This document shows, one piece after another, positions 26,789-40,221 of a stretch of DNA of 64,000 nt. Numbering within the stretch: position 1 is the stretch's first letter; each line of letters begins with the position of its first letter. Source of the stretch: Octopus sinensis (taxonomy: Eukaryota). The stretch covers positions 49,786,001 to 49,850,000 of the forward strand of contig NC_043002.1 of assembly GCF_006345805.1 (NCBI RefSeq), given 5' to 3'. The position numbers and the translations under genes are program-made. The notes under the pieces are model-generated. The model was not told where the DNA came from. It worked only from the letters and a program-made list of their open reading frames with translations, and searched no databases.

Positions 26789-26834
26789 CATAATAAATGT
26801 CATTATGTATGTATATATGGATGGATGGATGTAT

Positions 26835-27330
26835 GGAAGCCCGCTGTATATACATATATGTGTGGGGTGGGATGTATCTGTGTGTGCGTTTGTGTCTGTC
26901 TGTTCCATCCCAATCACCACTACTTAACAATCGATGTTGGTTTGTTTGTGTCCCCGTAGTTTATCGTTTCGTTATAAGGGACTGATATAGAACATACCAG
27001 ACTTATCATAATAATAATAATAATAATAATAATCCATTCTAGTATAGGCACAAGGCCTGAAATTTGGCGGGAAGGTGACAGACGATTACATCCACCTCGG
27101 TACTCAACTGGTACATAATTTATCGACCCCGAAAGGCTGAAAGGCAATGACCGACCTCGGCAATATTTGAACCCTGAACATGAAAACAGACGTAATACCG
27201 CTAAGCACTTCGCCCAGCGTGCTTAACGCTTCTGCCACCTCGACGCCTTTGGTTCGATTCGTTTCACTAAAAATCCTTTAATACGGTGCACCAGCTTGAC
27301 CGCAGTCCAGTGACTGAAGCAAAGAGAAAT
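26835..27330 (+). mobile_element. Diverged SINE-B 3' half interrupted by a minus-strand SINE-A (27010-27249)
   Basis: B sequence resumes after the inserted A copy, whose tail is (AAT)n. Confidence 0.75.
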
Positions 27331-27823
27331 AGCGGTAAAAGATGAAATGATGAGATCTATTTACTGCGGTCTGTTTTTCAATTATATCGTCAACCACGGA
27401 TTTACGCTATTTACTGACCATTCTCAACTGATTTCGAGACGCATTAGCGTGTTGTGACACACCGTTCTGGAACTAATGAGTTACCTTAACAATTACTGGC
27501 CATATTAACTAACAAGCATGCATACTCTCTCTCCTTCTCTTTTTTCTTTCTTTCTTTATCTCTTTCTCTCTCTCTCACACACACACACACACAAATATAC
27601 ACATAAATACACATAAGCAGGAGATGGAATGAAATCGTAACATTCACAAATCATGATTCTGATCTGTGAACACACACACACACACATTTACACATACACA
27701 CACACACACTCACACACACACACACACACACACACGTATGTATACATAGGTACATATATATAAATATATATATTCACAAATCATGACTATGATCTGTGAA
27801 TATATATACACGTGTGCATGCGT

Positions 27824-27880
<57 letters not shown>

Positions 27881-27991
27881 GCATATACGCATATGCACTT
27901 TCATTTACGCATTTCCACGCCCACATACATACTTTCATTTGCATATTTTCACAGATGTCTCTGTGTATGTATATATGTATATTATATATAC

Positions 27992-28022
<31 letters not shown>

Positions 28023-28346
28023 CACACACACACACATATGCATATAAAAACTTATTGACACACACACGTATGTGTGTGTATGTGTGTATTTATACGTACA
28101 CAGCATGTTATAACATGGAATTTCGGGATGCTGATTTTCCAGTTGGTTGCCCTTCATGACATAAAACTCTCTTGACGTTAACCCTTTAATCGGATTTTAC
28201 AAATTGCATAGGGGACTTTATGTTAGTGAACCAGTTAAGAACGGATTAAATCTTGTAAGCATGCAAATATTAGTTCCTGCAGTGCTCTTAGGCAGGAAGT
28301 TATCATTACCACACACACACAAACACACACAACATATGTACATGTC

Positions 28347-28391
<45 letters not shown>

Positions 28392-29227
28392 TACATACAT
28401 ACATTTGTTTATATTATGAAAATAAATTTTTATACAATCAAACCATAACGTATTGGTTTCTACACATACAAAAATTTTGGCCCCACCACTTTTTCTATTG
28501 ATTATAAAATTCACTTCCAAACCCACAAACATTCAAGATATTTACGTAAGAGCCCAAATATGGAAGCTTCTATTATGTCCTTGTAACGAAATAGTTGCCA
28601 AATCTCTCTCATATATCGCAGTGTCACTTTGGATAAGGCAGTTTCCGATATTAGTTCGCCTGGATTTTATCCAGGGAAAGATAATCGATGCTTGAATACC
28701 TTTAGCATATAAGTTACGTGTATCAGTACGGGCCCGGTACTAAAACAGGAACAATAAATATTGTTTTGTGTCACTAACATACATTATTGCTTGTGTCACA
28801 CTTTACAGAACGTTCTAGATTAATAACTAGTTCCGTTACAGATGCTGCTGCTGCAACTACTACTACTACTACTACTACTACTACTGCCACCACCAACACT
28901 ATCACTGCAGCCTTTTTTTTCCTCTTTCATCCTCCCCCTTCTCAGTTTGTCTTTTGACAGTTCCTCTCAGGTTTTCTCCATTTCTGGGCAAAGGAAATAG
29001 TGTGAACGGCCACCCGCAGTTGCCTCGGCTCGTCGGCTCTTCGGCCCCTCAGTCAGCCATTTTCGTGAGAAGAGAATCGATCACGCCATTTTAGTGGTTC
29101 TGTATCGGCCTCCAAAGTAACCAAAGATAAAGTTAACCTCAACGAGATTTTTTGAACTTAAAGCAAAGAGGGCTACAACGATTACAACGTGATATTTTTA
29201 TCCGACATTCGAACGATTTTGCCAATT

Positions 29228-29885
29228 AATACAATTCATTATAATAAACGCAATCATGTGACTAAAAGCTGAAACTTTAGATTAATTTATTCCCTACAAT
29301 CCCGATGTTACTGTTATTTGATGTGATCAAAGACCTTATGGGACTGAACAGGACTTTATAGGCGTTTTTGGCCATAATCATCCTGCATTTAGCTTTCCAT
29401 GAAGTTTAACTTGAATTACATTATTCAATGCGTTCTTCAGCTCTACCTGCGCTAAACACTTCATCTAATAATTTTTAGCCCTCATTTGCAACGTACCTCC
29501 AACTGCTAATACTCTTCCAATATTTTGACAGTTGATCCAATTCATTTTTATAAACGTAGTCACGTGACTAAAGGCTGGAAACTTTGGATTAATCTACGTC
29601 CTACGATTCCGATGTTGTTATTGTTGAACTCCAGTCAGCTGTGATCAAACGACCTGATCGGACCTTATGGGACTGTATAGGACTTTTTGGGCGGTTTTTT
29701 TTTGGGGGGGGGGCATGATCATTCTGCATTTAGTTTTCGACAAAGTTTAACTTCAGCTACATTATTCAATGCCTTGTTCAGCTCTACCACCACCGTCACA
29801 AGCCCCTGCGCTAAACACATCATCTAATAATTTTCAGCCCTCATTTGTAGCGTATCCCCAACTACTAATACTCTTCCAATATTCT
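29228..29885 (+). repeat. Diverged tandem duplication of a ~300-bp unique-looking unit
   Basis: Both units share GTGACTAAA, GACCTTATGGGACTG, CTGCGCTAAACAC and CTAATACTCTTCCAATATT. Confidence 0.9.
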
Positions 29886-30093
29886 CGCTCTCTCAAGTTT
29901 AAGTTAAACGTCAACGACTGAGACCTCACCTGGAACTTCGATAACAAGGACCTCTCTTGTCAGCGACTATGACCACTGGATCCTTATTTGCTTATTCCAC
30001 TTTTTGTCAAGAGCATCCTGAAAAACGAAATGAAAAGGAGGGAAAAAGTAAAATACTTTGGCCCATGTGCATCGAATGACGAATCTCTCCCTT

Positions 30094-30204
<111 letters not shown>

Positions 30205-30207
30205 TCT

Positions 30208-30812
30208 TTCTTTTACTTGTTTCACTCATCTGACTGCGGCCATGCTGGAGTACCGCCTTGAAGGGATTTTTTAGTCGAACAAATCAATCCCTGGCCTAAT
30301 TTTTTTAAAGCCTAGTACTTCTTCTATCTGTCTCTTTTGCGGAACTGCTTAGTTACAGGGACACCAACATCGGTTGTTAAATGGTGATGGAGGGAACAAA
30401 CAATCACACACACACACATGTGTGTGTGAGTGTGTGTATGACAAGTTTCTTTCAGTTTCCGTCTACCAAATCCACTCACAAGGCTTTGGTCGGCCTGTGG
30501 CTATAAGTAGAAAACACTTGCCCAAGGTGCCTTGTGAGTGGATTTGGTAGACGGAAACTGAAAGAAGCCCGTCATATATATGTATACATATATGTATGTG
30601 TGTGTATATGTTTATGTGTCTGCGTTTGTCCGCCCAACATCGCTTGACAACCGATTCTGGTGTGTTTACGTCCCCGTAACTTAGCGGTTCGGCAAAAGAG
30701 ACCGATAGAATAAGTACTAGGCTTACGTCCTGGGGTCGATTTGCTCGACTAAATGCGGTGCTCCAGCATGGCCGCAGTCAAATGACTGAAACAAGTAAAA
30801 GAGTAAAAGAGA
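30208..30812. mobile_element. Two headless SINE-B copies fused head-to-head
   Basis: Minus copy to ~30530 (...CCCAAGGTGCC), plus copy from ~30528 (GCCTTGTGAGTGG...). Confidence 0.9.
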
Positions 30813-30814
30813 AA

Positions 30815-31390
30815 GCCTAGTAGTTAGGGTGTTGCACTCATGACTGCAAGATAGTGGTTTCGATTCCCCGACCGGCGGTGCGTTGAATTGTTGAGCTAAA
30901 CATTTTGCTTCACATTACTCCAAACCCACTCAGCTGTAAATGAGTAATCCTTGGACGGACTGGCGTTTCACCCAGGGAGAATGTTGGCCTGCCTACCTGC
31001 CTAACTCTCTGCCCGCCAGCCAGCGGGATAAGGTAAAAGATTCCTTCTCCAGTAATAACGACTCCTAAGGGACGGTTTCTCGGTTTCTACGACTCATATA
31101 TTCCACCAGTCCCTGGTCTGGACGCCGGCCCGTCGCAGGATTACTCATTTTTGCCAGCTGAGTGAACTGGAGTAACGTGAAATGAAGTGTTTTGTTCATG
31201 AACATAACACGTCGCCCCGACCAGGAATCGAAACGACGATCATACGGTCATGAGTCCTACACCCTAACGACTAAACCACGCGTCTCCACAAGCCAGCGGA
31301 GTAGCATCACTCGAAAGCTACAACAATACGAGGAAGCGCATTGTAACAAGCGATATATAACAACATCCGCTAGTCTAGATGACACAATGA
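30815..31390 (+). mobile_element. Chimeric SINE (C head, D tail) with a nested minus-strand SINE-C (31027-31290)
   Basis: The inserted segment is flanked by a 9-bp direct repeat AGCCAGCGG (31018-31026, 31291-31299). Confidence 0.75.
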
Positions 31391-31650
31391 TTAAAATAAT
31401 GAGGTTTCACCTCGAACTGAATTTAAAATGAAAAATTAAAATTCTGATTTAATTGAATTCAAAAAATTATGGATTTGATGTAAGATATCTTGTGAAAAAT
31501 ATTCAACATATGCATATTTAATTATATTTAATCATTTATTAAACCGTTATATATCATATTTGTCTTGTCAGTGTGATTAACGTCGGCGAAAGGGAGAGGC
31601 GTAATGAGTGCGCGCGCGATTTCATGATTGTATATTTATGACTGTATGTA

Positions 31651-32525
31651 CAGGGTGTGATGGGTAAATTGTCGCCATTTTATATTTTTTATTTCACACA
31701 TGCGCATTGTTTTTGGTTTTGTCGACTACACAATATAGTAGGGTCAGTTGGGCACCGTCTGTGAGAAAAACGTCACCATGACACAATTCACTCTGCCAGA
31801 AATTTGGAAACGACATGTTGTACTGCTTGGCATTCGCGCCGGAAGTTCCAATACGAACATTTCAGAGTGTTTGGGTGTCAATCTGAGGACAGTGCAGAGG
31901 ATTCAGAAAGAATTGGATGAGTCTAATGGTGATCACGAAGGTACGACAGCTCTGAAAACTCACTCTGATCGTTCTGATAAGAAAAGAACTCCTGAATCTG
32001 TTGATGAGATCCAGGCCCTGATTGACAACAATCCCTCCACGTCAGTCAGGTCCATTACCAGAGACATGGGAGTGTCTGAGTTTCTTATCAGGCAGATAGT
32101 GCCTGAAGACATTCGGTATTGCTCATATAAGATGGAAAAGGGCTAATTTTTATCCCAAGCCATCAAGGATAAGTGGAAAGACCGCGCTACGAAGCTTTTG
32201 AACAAACGCAAGTATCCCCTCCAACTGAACATGCTTTGGTTTTTCTCAGACGAGACAAATTTCTGCCAGGATCAGATGGTGAACACACAGAACAACTGTT
32301 GGCTTGCCGTGTCCTCAAAACATGTACTGCGAGTGATGAAAATCAAACATCCGGTCAACATCATTGTATTTGGAGTGATCGCTAGCGATGGCGACGTTAT
32401 GCCTCTATTCATCATCCCACACAGCCACAGAATCAACACGGAACTCTACATCAAGTACCTGAAGGAGGTAGTGCTGCCCTGAGTCAAGAGTGTAGCTGCT
32501 GGAAGACCCTACATCTCGCAATAGG
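31651..32525 (+). mobile_element. 3'-truncated Tc1/mariner transposon (maT/rosa-like), transposase pseudogene from 31778
   Basis: TA|CAGGGTGTGATGGGTAAATTG terminus. One reading frame MTQFTLPEIWKR...(stop)...WFFSDETNF...IVFGVIASDG...VVLP*VKSVAAGRPYISQ*D, breaking at the second catalytic Asp. Clade assignment is from memory. Confidence 0.9.
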
Positions 32526-32606
32526 ATCTTCCAGCAGCTACCCTCTTGACTCAGGGCAGCACTATCTCCTCCAGACACTTGATGTCGCAATAGGGTCTTC
32601 CAGCAG
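32449..32606. repeat. Fold-back inverted duplication plus direct re-copy at the transposon breakpoint
   Basis: 32449-32511 is the reverse complement of 32522-32584. 32585-32606 repeats 32516-32537. Confidence 0.95.
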
Positions 32607-32721
32607 AATGATAGAACAAGTATTTGTTCTATCATTCTCTTTTGCCGAACCGCTAGTTTAGGGTGACATAAACACACCATCATCGGTTGTCAAGCAGTGA
32701 TGGGGGAAAATACACACACGT

Positions 32722-32752
<31 letters not shown>

Positions 32753-32900
32753 ATTGGCTTCTTTCAGTTTCCGTTTGCCAAAGCGACTCACAAAGGCTTT
32801 GGTCGGCCCGAAGCTATTGAAGAAGACACATGCCCAAGATGCCGTATTGTGGGACTGAACCCGGAACCATGTGTTTGAGAAGCAAACTTCTTGCCATCAA
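32607..32900 (-). mobile_element. SINE-B, 3'-truncated
   Basis: Reverse complement of the B consensus seen in the window. Confidence 0.85.
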
Positions 32901-33094
32901 ATATGGTACCTACTTGTGCGTGTGTGTGTGTGTATGTGTGTGTGTGCCGATAGATAGATAGATATCAATAACGATGTATTTGTTCAGATGAAGATGTGTC
33001 TGTGTGGATAGTTACAAAGTATATCGATATAATTCATACAAAATGCGCTTCTGAGTGTACATGTATATAGGTCGACATACATAGACAAATGGAC

Positions 33095-33136
<42 letters not shown>

Positions 33137-33326
33137 ACTGTTATATGCATATCACCGTATGCCTTTATAAATAAACATGTATTATAACTGAAATTCACAC
33201 TCTAATTCATTATCCACCCTCCAAATCCCTATTTCGTTCTTACTCCTAAATAGCTTTTCTGCTGTTTCTCTACTTTCACGCCATTATCCCCTTCTAATGT
33301 TGCTTCACACACACTAACACACACAC

Positions 33327-33368
<42 letters not shown>

Positions 33369-33584
33369 GTAATTATATTTACATTTAGGATGACTTTTTT
33401 TCTTTTGCTCCAGTTTGACCTGACTTCAATACCCCCTGAAGCCCTAACCTGACCTCCCTTTTTGTACTCTGATCTCCTCCGTCGCTAAACTAAACACTCA
33501 CGTGTAAACTGTACATTAACACCCACTGCGCCTCTTTCTCTCCATCCTCTTTCCCTTAATTATTAACAAATAAATAGTTTAAGT

Positions 33585-33787
33585 AAACAGTGTGTGTGTG
33601 TGTGTGTATGTACCGTTCTGATTATATGAGTATGTATATGTGTGCGTGTGTGTATCTATATGTGTAGGTATGTATGTATGTTTTTGTCTAGGTATGTATA
33701 TATGTGTATGTATATGTGTAAATATACATGTATATATATATGTGTGTGTGTATGTGTCTGTATGTGTATATGTATGTGTATATGTAC

Positions 33788-33818
<31 letters not shown>

Positions 33819-33960
33819 TATATATGTGTGTGTATGTGTATTTGTATATATGTATGAATATGTATGTGTGTGTATATATGTATACAAAATATATATTTGA
33901 AAATATATGCATATATAAATATATACATATATATATATATATAATATATACACACACACG
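33585..33960. repeat. Compound (TG)/(TA)/(TATG) microsatellite
   Basis: Direct inspection. Confidence 0.9.
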
Positions 33961-34569
33961 CATATTTAATGTTTGTGTTGATGCTGTGACGTGAGTAGAG
34001 TAAGTTTTAAGTTTGCCTTTTCCTTATACAAAATAAAAACATCTTAAACTACAGCAACAAAGAAAAGGAAGCAAAAACCAAAAAGATAAAATAAAATGAA
34101 AGCAGACAAAATCGAAAACTTATATAAACAAAACGATACAACAAACATCATACAAAACACACACACACACACATACACACCATATATACGTGTCTCGTTC
34201 ATTCTCTTACCCTCTCTCCTTGCTCTCGTTGTTTTTTAAACTTCTTTGCTTCTCCCACCGCAGTCTCTCTACCATCACTTCACCACCACCAATCCCATAA
34301 CCTTTACTATCGTCATCATCGTCGTCCCTATATGTTCACGCTTGACTGATTGCTCTAGATATAACATAGATTAATTGAAAAACAAACAAAATCTTTTTTT
34401 GTTGTTGCTGTTATTATTTGTTTTTTATAATATACATAATTCTGCATCAACTTTTTTTAATTTTTAAAAAATTTTTTATTTGGTATCCTCATTTTCTTTT
34501 TTTCTTTTTTTCTTACTTTTCCCCCGTTGGCTTATCGATATGTTTTATTCCTTATTTCTTATTTGTTTT

Positions 34570-34900
34570 GAGTCAGACTGCGGCCATGCTGGAGCACCGC
34601 CTTGAAGTTTTAGCTGAATGAATCTGTCCCAGACCTAATTTCTTTTCTTTCTCTTTGTTTTTTGTTTTTTTTTTGTTTTGTTTTTTCTTAAGCCTGCTAC
34701 TTATTTAGTAAAGGAAAATGGGAATTAAAAGGGTCCATAGATGAAAAATGGTTGAGAACCATCGCTCTAACAATCCTGCGCCTTATTAATAATGATCGGT
34801 AATATAGGCACAAGATCGATGATTAGCTGTTCGGATCTCTTTTGTCGAACAGCTAAGATGTTAGGACGTAAAAACACCAACACCGGTTGTCAAGCGGTGG
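34570..34900 (-). mobile_element. SINE-B 3' half interrupted by a 116-bp inverted copy of nearby DNA
   Basis: B sequence stops at ~34704 and resumes at ~34830. 34705-34820 is the reverse complement of 35405-35520. Confidence 0.85.
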
Positions 34901-35721
34901 TGGGAGACAATATAATATATGAACTTATTGCACCGTTATTTACGGCGGTTGTAATTCTTATTGTTGTTTCTTCTTCTCGGCACATAAAATCGCCGCTTCG
35001 TGCCTCGTCGATAACACACGGACACACACACTCGTGGTCTTCGTCGTACTCAGACTTACTCCCCGGCAATTAACCGGCCGCATAACTTAGCGCACTCGTG
35101 CTCAGAAATCAAATACCTTCGAAACCATCTTTGCCTCTCATTCCAGCACGGGAGGTGGTGGAGAAAGTGTTGATAACTAAAATACTGGGGTCAATGCAAT
35201 CCACTAATATCCTCCCTTCGAAATTTGCTGCAGTTGTACCTACATTAGAAACAATGAATTGGAAAAGAGCGATGGTTTTGCAGAACCGTTAGGGCGTCAG
35301 ACAAAATGCCATGCAGCAGTTGTCTTTTATTCCTCTGGAGTCGATAGAATAAGGTATTACTAAATAGTCTAGTATGATGGTCGAAGGAATCAACCTCCAA
35401 ACTTATCGATCTTGTGCCTATATTACCGATCATTATTATTAAGGCGCAGAATTGTTAGAACGATGGTTCTCAACTATTTTTCACCTATGGACCCTTTTAA
35501 TTCCTATTTTCCTTCACTAAACCCTCGTAATCATTCGATGGGTAACCCTTTAGCATTCAGATTTGTCTGTCAAATATGATGCGTATTTATTCATATTGTT
35601 TTGAATTAATCACGCATTGAGACACCAAAGTACGATATGTAGATGCATATAACGCTGTCAGGTTACACCTGATTGACTTGGAAATTTGCTTTCCCAAAGT
35701 TTATATATATATATATATATA

Positions 35722-36135
35722 TGTGGTAAGTAGCTTGCTTACCAGCTACATGGTTCCGGGTTCAGTCCCACTGCGTGGCATCTTGGGCAAGTGTCTCCCA
35801 CTATAGCCTCGGGCCGACCAAAGCCTTGTGAGTGGATTTGGTAGACGGTAACTGAAAGAAGCCCGTCGTATATATGTATGTATGTATATATATATATGTA
35901 TGTATGTATATATATATATATGTGTGTGTGTGTTTGTATGTCTGTGTTTGTCACCCCAACATCGCTTGACAACCGATGCTGGTGTGTTTACGTCCCCGTA
36001 ACTTAGCGGTTCCGCAAAAGAGACCGATAGAATAAGTACTAGGCTTGCCCTGGGGTCGATTTGCTCGACTAAAAGATGGTGCTCCAGCATGGCCGCAGTC
36101 AAATGACTGAAACAAGTAAAAGAGAGTAAAGAGTA
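35722..36135 (+). mobile_element. Near full-length SINE-B
   Basis: High similarity to 25210-25650. Confidence 0.95.
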
Positions 36136-36277
36136 TATATATATACATACATACATACGCCATAATGGTTTTGCTCATGTTCTTGTTGTTATAGATAGTG
36201 TTTGTAGACTTTTGTTACTTTACCATGTTATTCGTCTCTCTACTAAAATTACTTATATTGTTACACGTAATAAACTG

Positions 36278-36800
36278 TAGTAAGAAGTTTGCTTCCCAGC
36301 CACATGGTTCTGGGTTCAGTCCCACTGCATGGCACCTTGAGCAAGAGTCTTCTACTATAGCTTCGGGCCGATTCAAACCCTGTGAGTAGATTTGGTAGAC
36401 GGAAACTGAAAGAAGCCCATATACTCATTTATATTTGCAAAAAAAAAAAGGGAATACAAATGGCTTTTCTGATCAGAGAAGCCATTTGTATTAATTTTTT
36501 TTCAAATATATAACACTGTACCAAAGATTTTTTTCTATTTCTTCCTTTACTATATATATATATATATATTATATATATATAAATATATATATATAATGTG
36601 TGTGTGTTTACTTGTTTGTCCCACCGCCGTCATTTGACAACGGGTGCGGGTGCGTTTACCTCCCCGTAACGTAGCGGTTCGGCAAAAGAGAACCGATAGA
36701 ACAAGTACTAGGCTTACAAGCAATAAATCCTGGGTGTCGATTTCTACGGCTAAAAACCCGCAGACAAATGACCGAAACGAGTGAAAGTATAAAAGAATGT
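36278..36800 (+). mobile_element. SINE-B 5' half (36278-36420) and 3' half (36605-36800)
   Basis: Both halves recognisable, separated by ~180 bp of AT-rich DNA. Confidence 0.8.
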
Positions 36801-37335
36801 AAGAATGCAAGACCGACTTTTTGGCATACTAATAATGGCCCGCACCACATATAATCCGCACTAATCTAAACTAATGTCCAAGCACTAATGTCCAATGTAT
36901 TTCATTGAATTGTTTAAGTAAATTTAATGTGTTTAATTTAGAGCGAGTGTTGACTAGAGTGACCACTTCTTGCTCGGGAAAATCATAAGACGGAAAAGGC
37001 TTTGTTTGGAAAATCGATGTTGTATACCTGTGTTGTAATTTAATGAAAGTTTTCGTTTCACATAAATGCGTGTATATATTGTGTGTGTGTTGTGTATATA
37101 TATATATATTTATAATATTAATATATATCTATATATATATATTAGATATATATATATATATATATTGTGTGTGGTGTATTCGTTTGAATTTAGAAACGAG
37201 GTAAAGCACACAATGCGCAAATTGAGTGTAAATATTAATCGTCTTATGAAGGTTATTTTCGCTAGTCCGAGTTTCGCTTTTCCTCTTCGCTGATCACGTA
37301 GCACTTTCTCTCTCTCTCTCCTTCTCTCTCTCTCC

Positions 37336-37385
<50 letters not shown>

Positions 37386-37718
37386 CTCTGTCCTTTCTCT
37401 CCCTCCTCCATCTCACTCTATTTTTCTTCTCTCTCTGTCTCTTTCTCTCTCTCCCTCTTTTTCTCTGTGCTTCCTTCTCTCTCTCTCCTTCCTTCTCTGT
37501 GTGACTCGGTTTTTCCTTCCCCTTCTTTCCCCATTCTCTGCCCGTCTCTCTCTACGAGCCTGATGGGATAGTTTCGTTTGACGAGCCTACGAAACATCCA
37601 AATGCATGGAGCCGAATCAAACTGCCATTAAATAACCCCCCCCCCCACACACACACACACACTCACATACATATACACACTCATTGATAGACAGATAGAT
37701 AGATAGATAGATAGATAA

Positions 37719-37946
37719 GGCGGTGAGCTGGCAGAACCGTTAGCACACCGGGCGAAATGCGTAGTCGTATTTCGTCTGCCGTTACGTTCTGAGTTCAAAT
37801 TCCGCCGAGGTCGACTTTGCCTTTTATCCTTTCGGGGTCAATAAATTAAGTACCAGTTACGCACTGTGGTCGATGTAATTGACTTAATCCGTTTGTCTGT
37901 CCTTGTTTGTCCCCTCTGTGTTTAGCCCCTTGTGGGTAATAAAGAA
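37719..37946 (+). mobile_element. SINE-A long-tail monomer inserted in (GATA)n
   Basis: (GATA)n on both flanks. Confidence 0.9.
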
Positions 37947-38515
37947 ACAGATAGATAGATAGATAGATTCTAGGAATGTAATAAAACCACACATATGGTC
38001 ACGTACATACATACATACATACATACACACATACACATACATATACACATACATACATACATACATACATACATACATGTGTGTGTGTGAGTGTGTCACT
38101 GCCCTCAACAACCATCCACCCCACCCCACCCAATACACACACACACACAACTGCTCCATTCGTCTCCCCTAAATTCAAAAGAAATAATTGCAGATTATTC
38201 TAGAGTTTTCATTCATTTATCCACTTCCAATTTTTTTTTTCTCTTTTGCTGTTACATCGTTGTTGTAGTTATTATTATTATTGTATTATTGTTGTTATTG
38301 TTGTAACGGTGCTATTGCTGATGATACTCTACAATAATCTTGAAAATATTTGTCTACAACGTTATTTTATTGTTTTATTATTTTACTTTCAGTTTCATTA
38401 TTCATGTTGTTATTCCCGTTGTTTTTTTGTGCAATATAATATGTATTGATTTTTCAACTACGATTTTCTTTCTCTATAATAACGGTCTGCCATCTTTTTT
38501 TTTTATATTCTCGTT

Positions 38516-38625
38516 TATTATTATTATTATTATTATCATCATCATCATCATCATCATTATTATTGTTATTATTATTATTATTGTTATTATTATTATTATT
38601 ATTATCATTATTATTATTATTATTA

Positions 38626-38656
<31 letters not shown>

Positions 38657-38771
38657 CATTATTATTATTATCATTATTATTATTATCATTATTATTATTA
38701 TCATTATTATTATTATCATTATTATTATTATTATTGTTATTATTATTATTATCATTATTATTATTATTATT
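38516..38771. repeat. (ATT)n/(ATC)n trinucleotide array
   Basis: Direct inspection. Source of the poly-I and poly-L pseudo-ORFs. Confidence 0.97.
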
Positions 38772-39191
38772 GAGGATGAGGAGAGAAAGACAGAGAGAAG
38801 TGGCGTTGGTGTTTTCGTTTAATGTTGCTTTGTTCGTGTTGTTTGTATAAGCTTATATTATTTTTGTATGCATTTTATATGTATTGCAGAATTTCATGTG
38901 GTGTGTGTGTGTGTATGTGTTTGCATTTATATACAACATAAGCAATTGGTACAGTTTCTTGTGTGTGTGTGTGTGCAATGTGCACACAGTATGTGTCTGT
39001 ATATGCCAGCTTATCTAGTATATATGTGTGTTTGTATCTGTGCATATCCTTATATTGGTATATATACATTAGTTTTTATATATACACATCAGTGTATACA
39101 CGCACACTCACATATATGCATGCATTCACACGCACTTATTTACAGATAACACACGTAGCTAATGTCTCAGTGTGTGTGTGTGAATGTATGA

Positions 39192-39241
<50 letters not shown>

Positions 39242-39529
39242 TTGCATGAGTGCATATATATGTATGCATGTAAATGTTTATATGTGTGTATGTATGTATA
39301 CTCAATATACGCACACACCATGTTACATATGCCGCTCCAAGTATGGCTATCTGCATATATATTACAGCAATTTCTCCCCCCCCCCCCTCCTTTTTAATAT
39401 GTGATTGAAGAAAAATCTTCAATGATATTTCCTCTTTATTTACCAATTCTATCCTAGAATTTTTCCTTCGAATTTTTATATTTATTTCTCCTTTTCTGTA
39501 TGTATATATTATATATATATATATATACA

Positions 39530-39566
<37 letters not shown>

Positions 39567-39998
39567 CACACATACACACACACACCACACATTATATATA
39601 TTATATATATATATTATGTTCTTTGGGGTTTTTTTTTTCTTATGTCATCTTTTTTCTCCGTTCTTTCTTTATCGAAACGATTTTCCAAACTTTTGCCACT
39701 TGGATAACTGTTTGGAATTATCTTCAGCTAAAGTAAGTTTAAATCATCGTTTTGGGCTTTTTTTTTTTTTTTTCGTATTCTTCTTCTTCTTGCTTTCTTC
39801 CTTCCTACTTCGTCTCTGGATTTGATTTTTGCTCCGAAAGAGAGGAAGAGAATGAGGGGAAAGAGAGAGAGAGAGAGAGAGCGAAATGGAATGAGGTGGG
39901 GGTGAGTTTCAACCAAATAATTCTGAGATTGTGTATGTGTGTGTGTGAATCTCACTCTCCCTTCCATTTATTCATATATATATACACATATATGTATG

Positions 39999-40055
<57 letters not shown>

Positions 40056-40189
40056 GATATATATATATATATATGTATATATCTTGCACACAAACAATAT
40101 TTAAACGTACTTATTGTATATATATATATATATGTATATATAATATATTATATATATATGTATAATCTTGCACAACAAATATTTAAACG

Positions 40190-40221
<32 letters not shown>

